IMG/VR virus record: IMGVR_UViG_3300047275_000229
Span: 1 to 41,514 of that record
Source: a virus
Taxonomy: Duplodnaviria; Caudoviricetes
DNA length: 41,514 bases
Reading direction: 5' to 3' (one strand)
Below the pieces are notes generated by a model that did no database searches, was not told the origin of the DNA, and saw nothing but the letters and a program-made list of their open reading frames with translations. Shown one piece after another: positions 1 to 9,200 of this stretch; the stretch's first letter is position 1; every line of letters starts with the position of its first letter. The position numbers were made by a program, and so were the translations under genes.

Positions 1-13
1 CTATATAAGTGTA

Positions 14-120
14 ACGGCTGAGTTCCACGAAGCCGTAAACGGCAGGCTTAACGCCTGCCCAACCTTGGTAAAAAAATAAGTGGGGATACCTCTGTCTATC
101 CCCCTGTAGACCCCTACAGG
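14..120 (+). promoter_or_regulatory. Cluster of four inverted repeats upstream of terminase
   Basis: ACGGCT/AGCCGT (14-36), GGCAGGC/GCCTGCC (41-59), GGGGATA/TATCCCC (82-103), CCTGTAG/CTACAGG (103-120); function inferred. Confidence 0.45.
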
Positions 121-133
121 TACTGGAGAAGAC

Positions 134-2023
134 TTGGAAAGAAACTTAACCCCCGAAGAAGCTAGAAAAGAACTTATAGACTTGGTGCGCCAAGGGCGCA
201 CTATTGCCGATGCCCTAAAGGTTATTGGTAGAAGTCGTTCTTGGTATGACACCCAGAGGCGCGAAGCTGAAGGCTTCGCTGCCTATATTGATAACGCTCG
301 GTTAAGAACTTCTGACCTGGCTGATGAAGCTCGCTCTGGTCTAAACGACTTCGCGAGCTTTTCTGAGAAATATCTGGGAGCCAAAGTTTGGGACCACATG
401 CTCAATGTGGTCGATATGTTGGAAGGTAAGGAACCTCGCTGGATACACCAAGCGATGACTTACGAAAAAGGGTCGGCGGGTCTATCCCGCCTCTTGGTAA
501 ACGTTCCCCCTAACCACGCCAAGACTATGACCATCACGATTAACTACGTAACTTACCGTGTCGTCAAGAATCCCAACATTAACGTAATCGTTATTTCTAA
601 AACCCAAGAGCAGGCTAAGAAGTTTCTTTATGCTATTAAGCAACGCCTGACTCATCCTCGGTATGCAGACCTACAAGCAGCCTTTGGTCCAACCGATGGG
701 TATAAAGCAACCGCCGACCAATGGTCGGCTAACAAGATTTATCTGGGAGCGGATGTCCGCGAATCAGATGCCAAAGACCCAACCGTCGAAGCTATCGGTA
801 TGGGCGGTCAAGTCTATGGAGCACGTGCAGACTTAATCGTTCTCGACGACGTGGTCACTCTCTCTAATGCTGGAGAGTGGGCTAAGCAGCAAGAGTGGAT
901 TAGACAAGAAGTTGCTTCTCGTCTCCCACCTGGTGGCGGACAACTTTTAGTTGTCGGTACCCGCGTTGCTGCAGTAGACCTATATAAGGAACTTCGCAAC
1001 CCACAACATTACACGGACGGAATCGTACCGTGGTCATATTTGTCCATGCCTGCTGTACTCGAATACGCAGACGACCCAAAGGATTGGAAAACCCTTTGGT
1101 CTAAATCAGAGCAACCGCTTACTGAAGATGATACTCCAGATGAGAATGGTTTCTTTGACCGATGGACAGGACCGCGTCTTACTGCGGTCCGTAACGAGGC
1201 TGGTCCTTCCAAATGGTCTTTGGTTTACCAGAACCTCGATATCGCAGAGAATGCAATTTTCGACCCGATGTGCGTTAGAGGCGCAGTCAACGGAATGAGA
1301 AAGTCGGGTGCGCTAGTTGCAGGCGCTGCTGGTCACCCAGATTCACCTGGCAACTTTTACCGAATTATCGGTATCGACCCTGCCATGTCTGGTGACACCG
1401 CAGCAGTCGCTTACGCGGTTGACCGAAGAACACACAAGCGCTATGTCATGGACGTTTACGTCATGAGCAGCCCCACACCATCGGCAATTCGCAATCTGAT
1501 TAAAGAATGGACAGATGCGTATAAACCTCATACTGTCATTGTTGAGTCAAATGCTTTCCAGCTTTTCTTAACACAGGATGAGGAGATTAGAAACTTCTTA
1601 TCCACCCGCGGTATTTCATACCGCCCCCACTACACAGGCAACAACAAGCAAGACCCAGAGTTTGGTGTAGCTTCTCTGGCTCCGTTGTTTGGCACCATCA
1701 CTAAACGTGATGGCAACAATAATAACTTAAAGCATGCTGGCGATAATATTATCGAGTTGCCAGATTCTTCACGTAATGAACATATCAAGAAGTTAATCGA
1801 GCAATTGGTTGTTTGGCAACCAGGAGTTCAAGGTAGACGACTTAAGATGGACGCTGTTATGGCGCTCTGGTTTTGTGAAATCGTAGCCCGCGAAGTTCTT
1901 CTAACTTCTTCTAATATTCCTAATTTTATAAATAATCAATTCACGCCCCAAAAGGCGATTGAAGACAGATACATCATTAACTTAGATGATTTAGCTGCTA
2001 CTCAGCGAATAGCGAGATTGTGA
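134..2023 (+). CDS. terL: Terminase large subunit with N-terminal HTH-like extension
   Basis: Walker A variant LLVNVPPNHAKT, Walker B GARADLIVLDD, VVGTR coupling motif, nuclease motifs IIGIDPA and IVESN; precedes portal; TTG start after GGAG. Confidence 0.93.
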   Translation: MERNLTPEEARKELIDLVRQGRTIADALKVIGRSRSWYDTQRREAEGFAAYIDNARLRTSDLADEARSGLNDFASFSEKYLGAKVWDHMLNVVDMLEGKEPRWIHQAMTYEKGSAGLSRLLVNVPPNHAKTMTITINYVTYRVVKNPNINVIVISKTQEQAKKFLYAIKQRLTHPRYADLQAAFGPTDGYKATADQWSANKIYLGADVRESDAKDPTVEAIGMGGQVYGARADLIVLDDVVTLSNAGEWAKQQEWIRQEVASRLPPGGGQLLVVGTRVAAVDLYKELRNPQHYTDGIVPWSYLSMPAVLEYADDPKDWKTLWSKSEQPLTEDDTPDENGFFDRWTGPRLTAVRNEAGPSKWSLVYQNLDIAENAIFDPMCVRGAVNGMRKSGALVAGAAGHPDSPGNFYRIIGIDPAMSGDTAAVAYAVDRRTHKRYVMDVYVMSSPTPSAIRNLIKEWTDAYKPHTVIVESNAFQLFLTQDEEIRNFLSTRGISYRPHYTGNNKQDPEFGVASLAPLFGTITKRDGNNNNLKHAGDNIIELPDSSRNEHIKKLIEQLVVWQPGVQGRRLKMDAVMALWFCEIVAREVLLTSSNIPNFINNQFTPQKAIEDRYIINLDDLAATQRIARL

Positions 2024-3783
2024 TAATGAAAGAACTTGTACACGCATATGAGCAATTAAAGGCTCGTAATGCCGAGCGCGATAAGCGCATGCGCGAGGTT
2101 GCCATGGTTAGAGCAGGCAATGCCGACCAGGTATTCAAAGGTTTGTTTCCAGAAGGAACTTGGTCCAAGCCTATTATCGCCAACCTAATTGATGTGGTTG
2201 CTCGCGATGTTTCTGAACAGGCAGGTGTATTACCTACCATAACAGCTGCTGGAGATTCAGCCCTTGATGATTCACAGCGTACCAAGTCAGACAAAAGAAC
2301 AAAGATTGCAAACTATTACGTAGCATCTTCACGTTTAGGTACAGAGCTACTGCGTGGCGCAGACCAGTTGGGAACATACGGATTCTGTATTTTTAGAATC
2401 GAACCTAACTTCAAGGAAAAAAGACCACACATCCATGTTGAAAACTCTATGGGTGCGTATTACGACATGGACAGATTCGGTGAGGTTTCTGTCTATTGCC
2501 GTTCTTATTATCGTAAAGCTGGAGAGCTTGCAGCCAAGTTCCCAGAATTAGCAGATAAGATTTTACAGACAAGTGCATTTGGTCAAAGAACAGATGAGAA
2601 CCAACTACTAGAAGTAGTTCGTTGGACTGACAAGAATCGCACGATTATGTTTATTCCAAGTCGTGGAGGTGCAGTACTTGCAGAAACACCAAACAAGATT
2701 GGTCGAGTCCCAGTTGCGATTGCTCAGCGCCCTTCGCTCGACGGTGAAGTCAGAGGCTCGTTCGACGACGTTCTTCCTGTTTATGCAGCTAAGGCGAGAC
2801 TTGCTCTCCTCACTATGGAAGCTGTTCAAAAATCTGTTGAAGCTCCACTTGCTCTTCCCACTGATGTTACTCAGCTTGCCGTTGGTCCTGATTCAGTTAT
2901 ACGTTCTAACTCCCCTGAGAAAATTCGTCGTGTTAATCTGGACGTACCTCAGTTCGCGTTTGCGGAAAACAATGTTTTAGCAGATGAAATGAAGTTGGGA
3001 ACTAGATTCCCACAGGCACGTGCAGGACAAGCTGAAGGTTCTATCGTTACTGGTCAGGGTGTTAAAGCACTTATGGCTGGATTTGATTCACAAATCAAAG
3101 TTATTCAATCAATTCTTGGTGAAGCTATTGGTCAAGCAGTATCGCTTGCTTTCGCAACCGATGAGGTTTACTTTACAGAAGTAACTCGCGAAGTATCTGC
3201 AACAGCTAATGGCGTTCCATATAAATTAAAATACAAGCCATCTACCGATATTAATGGTAACTATGGAGTTACAGTTGAATATGGATTAATGGCAGGACTT
3301 GACCCTAACCGAGCATTGGTATGGGGTCTACAAGCACGTGGAGATAAGTTAATTTCACGTGGCATGCTACGTCGTAATTTACCGATTTCGCTCAACGCTG
3401 GAGAAGAAGAGCGAGCAATTGATATCGAAGAGATGAGAGATTCCTTAAAGGCATCTATCTCACAACTTGCCCAAGCAATCCCAATGATGGTTACGCAAGG
3501 TCAAGACCCGATGCAGATTGTTGAAAAAATGGCAACTGTTATTGATGAACGTAAGAAAGGCACACCGCTTGAAGATGCGGTAGCCAAAGCGTTTAAGCCA
3601 GAACCAGCACCAGAACAACCACAAGCGCCAGAAATGGCACAACCAGAACAACCTATGGAACAAGGTGGCGGTATGCCTCCTATGCCACAAGGTAGACCAG
3701 CAATGCAAGAACTTCTTGCAGGTCTAACTGGTTCAGGCAACCCAGTACTCGCAGGTCGAGTAACTCGACAAATACCAGCATAA
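2020..3783 (+). CDS. Portal protein
   Basis: 587 aa directly after terminase with overlapping start; Pro/Gln/Met-rich C-terminal tail typical of podovirus-type portals. Confidence 0.82.
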   Translation: MIMKELVHAYEQLKARNAERDKRMREVAMVRAGNADQVFKGLFPEGTWSKPIIANLIDVVARDVSEQAGVLPTITAAGDSALDDSQRTKSDKRTKIANYYVASSRLGTELLRGADQLGTYGFCIFRIEPNFKEKRPHIHVENSMGAYYDMDRFGEVSVYCRSYYRKAGELAAKFPELADKILQTSAFGQRTDENQLLEVVRWTDKNRTIMFIPSRGGAVLAETPNKIGRVPVAIAQRPSLDGEVRGSFDDVLPVYAAKARLALLTMEAVQKSVEAPLALPTDVTQLAVGPDSVIRSNSPEKIRRVNLDVPQFAFAENNVLADEMKLGTRFPQARAGQAEGSIVTGQGVKALMAGFDSQIKVIQSILGEAIGQAVSLAFATDEVYFTEVTREVSATANGVPYKLKYKPSTDINGNYGVTVEYGLMAGLDPNRALVWGLQARGDKLISRGMLRRNLPISLNAGEEERAIDIEEMRDSLKASISQLAQAIPMMVTQGQDPMQIVEKMATVIDERKKGTPLEDAVAKAFKPEPAPEQPQAPEMAQPEQPMEQGGGMPPMPQGRPAMQELLAGLTGSGNPVLAGRVTRQIPA

Positions 3784-3793
3784 GGAGAAGAAA

Positions 3794-3946
3794 ATGGCAT
3801 TTGGAAAACAAGGTAAGGCAGCTAAAGCTCCAGTTCACCCAGGTCACGCAGGCAAGAAGTCTGGCGGTAAAGGTGTAGGACTAGGACAAGTAGCAAAAGC
3901 CCCAGCTCCAAAAGGCATCAAGGGTAACAAGAACAAGCTTAAGTAA
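3794..3946 (+). CDS. Small Lys/Gly-rich protein (50 aa; not in ORF track)
   Basis: AAGGAG RBS, MAFGKQGKAAKAPVHPG...NKNKLK*, fills the gap between genes. Confidence 0.75.
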   Translation: MAFGKQGKAAKAPVHPGHAGKKSGGKGVGLGQVAKAPAPKGIKGNKNKLK

Positions 3947-3954
3947 GGATAACC

Positions 3955-5619
3955 ATGGCGAAAAAAGGTAAAGGATTACCTAGGAAGTATCGCCAAGCTA
4001 GAGCAGCAGCTAGACCCGCTGCAAAAGCAGCGTTTCCTGGTAACAAGAAAGCTTTTCGTAAAGATAAAACCATCAAGGTAACTGCAGAAGATAGAGAAAT
4101 CTATCGTGATATTGCAAAAGAATCTAAGGGTGGATATATCACTGACGATAAAGGCAACAAGATTCGTGTTAAGCCGACAGAAACAGCCAAAGAAAGAATG
4201 GCTCGTGACCGTCGTGAAGCACGTGCTGAGGTAGAACGCAAGCTTGCTTTAGAAGATAAAGAGTCACGTGCTTCTAAATCAGAAGCAAACATGAAAGCAT
4301 CTCGTGAAGCAGCAGTTGCTAAGCAGAAAGCTGACCGTGCTGCTAGATACGGAAAGCCAACTCCAACTCTTCAACAAACACCAGCAACAGAGAAGCCACT
4401 TAGCCGTCCTGTAAAAGTCAAGAAGACTCTTGGTCAGATAAGCAAAGAGGTTACCGCTAAGCCTAAGAAGGCTGCTGTTAAAAAAGCTGCTGTAAAGCCT
4501 AAGCCTTCAATTGGTGGCACTGCTGGAACAGTAGCAAAACCAAAACCTGGTTTAGCAGAACAGATTAAAAAAGATGTTGCAAAGGTAAATGCAAACAAGC
4601 CTGCAGCAACAAAGGGAATGACTCGTGCTGAGCGTTCCGCTGCTAATAAAGCTGCATGGAAGTCAATGACTCCAGAACAACGCAAGAATTGGTCAGCTAA
4701 TAAACCAACTGCTGCTGTTAAGCCAGCGCCTACAACTGCCAGCAAAGTCCCAGCAGGGGCTAAGCCAGTTGCTACTGCAACCATGAAAGATGGCAAGCTA
4801 ACATTTAAGTTAAGCGAAAAGCCTTCTAAGCGTGTAACTGAAGCAGATTTAAAGCGTAACGAAGCTAAAGGTTTAGAAGAAGCCAAGAAGCGTGTTGCTG
4901 CTAAGAATGCAGCATTAGCTAATTCTGCTAAAGGTAAGACTCAAACCCCACAAGCGCAGACTGCTAAAGCACAAGCTAAGCCAGAAGGTAAAGCTGCTGC
5001 TGTTAAGAAGACACCAAAGAAGTTTGCTAAAACTCGCGGTCTTGTAAAAGGTGGAATTATTGGCGCTCTTGCTGTTGAAGCAGGGTCTATCGCTAAAGGT
5101 TCAACCGAAAAAGACTGGAAAGAAATTCAACGTCTTGAAAATAAGTTAGCAAAGCTAAAGGGGCAAGCTCCTAAATACAAGAACATGGGTTCTAATAAGA
5201 ATCCAATTGCTGCTATGAAAGCAGACCTTGGCAACTTAGCTGCTAACGCAACTATGGGAATTGTTGGTAAAACTCGTCGCAGTCGTATGGACGAATTAAA
5301 CCGAATGATTGCAAAGCAAGAAAAGAAGAACACAGTTAAGGGTTCAGCTAAAGGTTCAGTTAAAGGTTCTACAAAAACTAAACCTCTAGGTAACTACGCA
5401 ATGTCAACAGGTAAAGTTCAGACTGGCGCTGGCGGTTCAACAATTGCTAGCGATAAATACGTAGTTAAAAAAGGTGACACATTCTCTGGCATTGCTAAAA
5501 ATGCTGGTGTCTCACTAAAAGAATTACGAGACTTAAACCCTGCAATTATGAAACGTAAGAAGTATAAGCAGGGCGCAATGATTTGGTCAGGAACAAAGGT
5601 TAATCTTCCAAAGAAGTAG
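3955..5619 (+). CDS. Very basic Lys/Ala-rich protein with C-terminal LysM domain
   Basis: C-terminal YVVKKGDTFSGIAKNAGVSLKELRDLNP is a LysM signature; body rich in K/A/P. Confidence 0.85.
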   Translation: MAKKGKGLPRKYRQARAAARPAAKAAFPGNKKAFRKDKTIKVTAEDREIYRDIAKESKGGYITDDKGNKIRVKPTETAKERMARDRREARAEVERKLALEDKESRASKSEANMKASREAAVAKQKADRAARYGKPTPTLQQTPATEKPLSRPVKVKKTLGQISKEVTAKPKKAAVKKAAVKPKPSIGGTAGTVAKPKPGLAEQIKKDVAKVNANKPAATKGMTRAERSAANKAAWKSMTPEQRKNWSANKPTAAVKPAPTTASKVPAGAKPVATATMKDGKLTFKLSEKPSKRVTEADLKRNEAKGLEEAKKRVAAKNAALANSAKGKTQTPQAQTAKAQAKPEGKAAAVKKTPKKFAKTRGLVKGGIIGALAVEAGSIAKGSTEKDWKEIQRLENKLAKLKGQAPKYKNMGSNKNPIAAMKADLGNLAANATMGIVGKTRRSRMDELNRMIAKQEKKNTVKGSAKGSVKGSTKTKPLGNYAMSTGKVQTGAGGSTIASDKYVVKKGDTFSGIAKNAGVSLKELRDLNPAIMKRKKYKQGAMIWSGTKVNLPKK

Positions 5620-5627
5620 GTAAATAA

Positions 5628-6044
5628 ATGTCAATGATGCAACCATCAGGTCCAGGTAAGTTCGCAAAGCGAACTGACCGTCAGGGCGCACGGAGACTTC
5701 CTAACGCTGCTTATGGCGAACAGAAAGATTTCCAACAGCAACAGGCGAGCGCACCAATGGCGAAATCATTAAAGCCACAAAATCCAATGGAAAGTTTGAT
5801 GGCTAACGTAGTACCTTTGACAGCACCCACACGGCGACCGACAGAACCTGTCACCGCTGGTGTGGATGCTGGTCCTGGTCCAGGAAGAGAAATATTGGGA
5901 CTTAAATCCCCAGCGGAAGTAACGTTGCAGGATTTATCTAAGTTATCCAAATACATGCCACTTATGATGGAGTTTGCAGATTCTCCGCAATCTTCTGGAA
6001 CAATGAAAGCTTTTGTTAAATATTTACGGAGTCAATCAGAATGA
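5628..6044 (+). CDS. Hypothetical protein, probable virion component
   Basis: 138 aa ORF with RBS-like AGGT in the structural operon. Confidence 0.7.
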   Translation: MSMMQPSGPGKFAKRTDRQGARRLPNAAYGEQKDFQQQQASAPMAKSLKPQNPMESLMANVVPLTAPTRRPTEPVTAGVDAGPGPGREILGLKSPAEVTLQDLSKLSKYMPLMMEFADSPQSSGTMKAFVKYLRSQSE

Positions 6045-6220
6045 AGATACTCAAGAAGTTTGAGGAGAACCTCGAATACCTTGGGTTTGAAATGGCTCCG
6101 TTGGCATGGGATATAGCAAAAATCCGTTTTGAGTCCGACGATGACCGATACGCATTACTTGAGGAATTGACGGCTAAAGAGGAGGCAGCACCCAATGTCA
6201 CAGTTCAGCCAATGGGATGA
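6041..6220 (+). CDS. Hypothetical protein (59 aa; not in ORF track)
   Basis: ATGA overlap with upstream stop, GGAG RBS, MKILKKFEENLEYLG...QPMG*. Confidence 0.7.
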   Translation: MKILKKFEENLEYLGFEMAPLAWDIAKIRFESDDDRYALLEELTAKEEAAPNVTVQPMG

Positions 6221-9200
6221 CCCAAACTCTTATATCGACCCAGGTCAAAAACCAGCACCTTCCTCAAAGATAGATAAATTTAAAAAAGCCGAAGACGAAA
6301 CCAAAGTTGGTAAAGTCGAACAAGCAGTTATTCCTAAAGTTGCTGGTGCTATTGAATCCGCAGGCAAGAAACCAATTATCGGCAAAGCTATCAACTTAGG
6401 TATGTCTGCTCTTGGATTCCTAGGTGAAAAGGTTGTTCAACCTTTAACTCAAGGCGTGTCCAGTTTAGCGTTAACCCCACAGGCTATGGCTGCTGGCAAA
6501 GGTGGAGTAACTGAAAGTTACCGCTACGCCCAAAAGAAAGCTAAAAAGATTTCTATGGGTCAAGCTGTTCAAGGACTTGTTGGTCAAGTGGCAGCGCCTG
6601 TATTAGGTGAAACAACTTCAGCAACATGGTTAAAAGAAGATTTTAATATCTTTGACCAGAAGCAAAGAGATAAAGCGTTCCGTGACGAATGGTCAGGAAT
6701 CTTATTTTCTGGTGCTACTGATTTAGCATTAGCTGCTTTTGGAACCAAAGGTGTTGGGCTTGCCATGCGTGGCACAGCAAAAAAAGTTGTAGGACCAAAG
6801 CGTCTAGTTACAACCGATGATATGGATAAGTTCCGTACAGAACTAGAAGATGTTGTTGCTCAGCAGGCGTTGCCTGCAACTCAACGTACCCAAACTGGGT
6901 TATCAATTCTTGTAGATGACGCTGTAAAAGAAACTAACCTAACTAAGTTAGCAGCAAACCCACTAGTATCTGAAACATCTAACCCTTACAGAACTGCAAC
7001 AATCATTTCCAGGTTAGATAATCACCAAGATGTGGCAGATTACTTGCTCGCAGAACGCGGAGATACAAACGCTTTCAAGCGTTTCTTTGACCGCCGTCCG
7101 CTAGAAGCAGACCATCTTGACAATTATGGAATCAACGATTCCACACCTATAACTAATTTTGCCAACGTTGGGCTAGACAGGTTAGCTCCAGAGCTAGTTA
7201 ATAGATATCAATTTATCATTAACGCTAAGAAGGCAGAAGACCCTAACTTTGCTCGTGCATTAGATGACTTCATGGAGAAGGCTCGCATGGGCGTAATTGA
7301 AAGCTACCGTCCTGGTAAGTACGCAGCATTAGAATCTATTGGGCTAGGTAAAAAGAAATTACAAACTCAGGCGCTATATGGCGACCTTAAGATGTTTGGT
7401 AAAGATGCAGACGGTGGATGGAAAACACAGGTTTACCAAAGCCGTGTATATGACCGTGCTATCCGTGTTATTGCTTGGACTGGCTCAGGTCGTCCACAAG
7501 GTTATATTAATATATCTAACCCACGTAAGTTTGAAGCAGCAAATGATTTGCTGTCTGACCTTAATCGTCTACAGTTCCTTAAAGGACCAGAAGGCGCAAA
7601 GTTTAAACGAGCCATGGTTGAGCAGTATCTCGACGCTCAAAGCGATACTCAGCGAGCTATCGTTCTTGGTCGTATTGAACAACAAGTAATGACCAAATTA
7701 GCAAAAGCTTATGGCATTACTGACATGCAAGATATTACTTCAGCTCAAGCTGCTATCAAAGAAATGACTAGATGGCATACTAAAGTAAATCAAACACGTC
7801 AATCTATTAAAGATTATGCAGTAAAGAATGGTTTGATTCCAGACGAAGATGGTGGAATTAATATCCAAAACTTCTTATCTGTATCTAATGAAGCTCAAAA
7901 TATTCCAATGCTTGACTTCCGTAGATTAGAAACAGAGGTTATCTTTAATGCACGTCGTGTTGCTGGAGCTGGTGCAAAAGTAACCCAAGGTCAGTACTTT
8001 GGAGCAGTTGCTTCAACAACTGCCATGAATGTTGGTCAGTTACTAGATTTAGCCAATATGGTGTTCAGCAACTTGAACTTGCTTCGCCTTGCTTATATAC
8101 CAAAGAACTCAATGGTAGACCCATTTGCTCGTGCAAGCATGGCTCTTGAGTCAATGGAACTTGTAAAGAATGCCGTCCCAGGTGTAGACAATGTTGTACA
8201 CAACAGCGGTCTTCTTGGCGAAAGGTTAAAGAAGTGGGTTCCTGGCAGCCCACAAGCTTTAGCGAGAAAGCAGGCTAAGGCAGCTCAGTTCCGTGTAGAA
8301 AAGTACTCTAAAGATTTAGCTCCAAAGATTAATGAACATAAATTAGCTGTAGCTAAGTATGATTCTTTGGATGCCTCATTAACAAAACTCATTGCTGCTC
8401 GTGATAAGGCTAAAGCCAAAGCGCTAAAAAGTAAAGACGTTAATGTACAGAATAAGTACTATGAACTAGAAGATAAAATAACAGATTTAGAGAACCAAGT
8501 AGCCGATGCGTTGGATAACATGGAGCGTCTTGGTGACCAGGTAAATGGCTTATCTCAGCTTATTAATCGTGAACGCAAAGACTGGGCTAACTGGGCAAAG
8601 TCTCAAGGCAATTTAACTCAAAAGAAATTGCTAGGTCAAGAAGAAGAAATCATTGAAGTTAATGGTCAGACCTATAGCATTCAAGGATTAGCAGACCCTA
8701 ACGTTCGCGGTGCTAGTGCTTATATGTCTGAGATTGACACCGCAACTAATTTCTATTCAGCTTCTATGAACTCGGAAATTGCTCGTCGAGTCCGTGCCGA
8801 TGGAAGTAGATTCGTAAAGATTCCACGTCGTGACCGTGAAGAATACATGAACGCCTTAGCTCATATTGCTAATCGTCAGATTAGAAATGAACTTGACCTG
8901 CCTGTCGGCTGGATAATGAAAGGCGAGAAGTCTGACGCTGAAATCCTAGAGTGGATGTACAGCCCAGCTGGTAAAGAATTCAGACTTCGTATCGAAGAAC
9001 GTTACGGCGACGATATGCAAAAATGGGTAAGCGATACTAGAGAAAAACTCTACGCAATGTACCCAGACGAAGAACTTCGCAAGATTATTACCGAACGTCC
9101 AGTTACTTATCAAGAAGTAGACTCAATGCTCTATGGTCGTACAGACCTACTTCCTGAAATTGATGGACCAAGCTTAAAGCTATCTGATTTAAATAGACCA

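Noticed and set aside
4101-5333. Antisense ORFs here and similar shadow ORFs elsewhere in the track
   Set aside because: Explained by codon bias of the real gene on the opposite strand; no RBS or motifs
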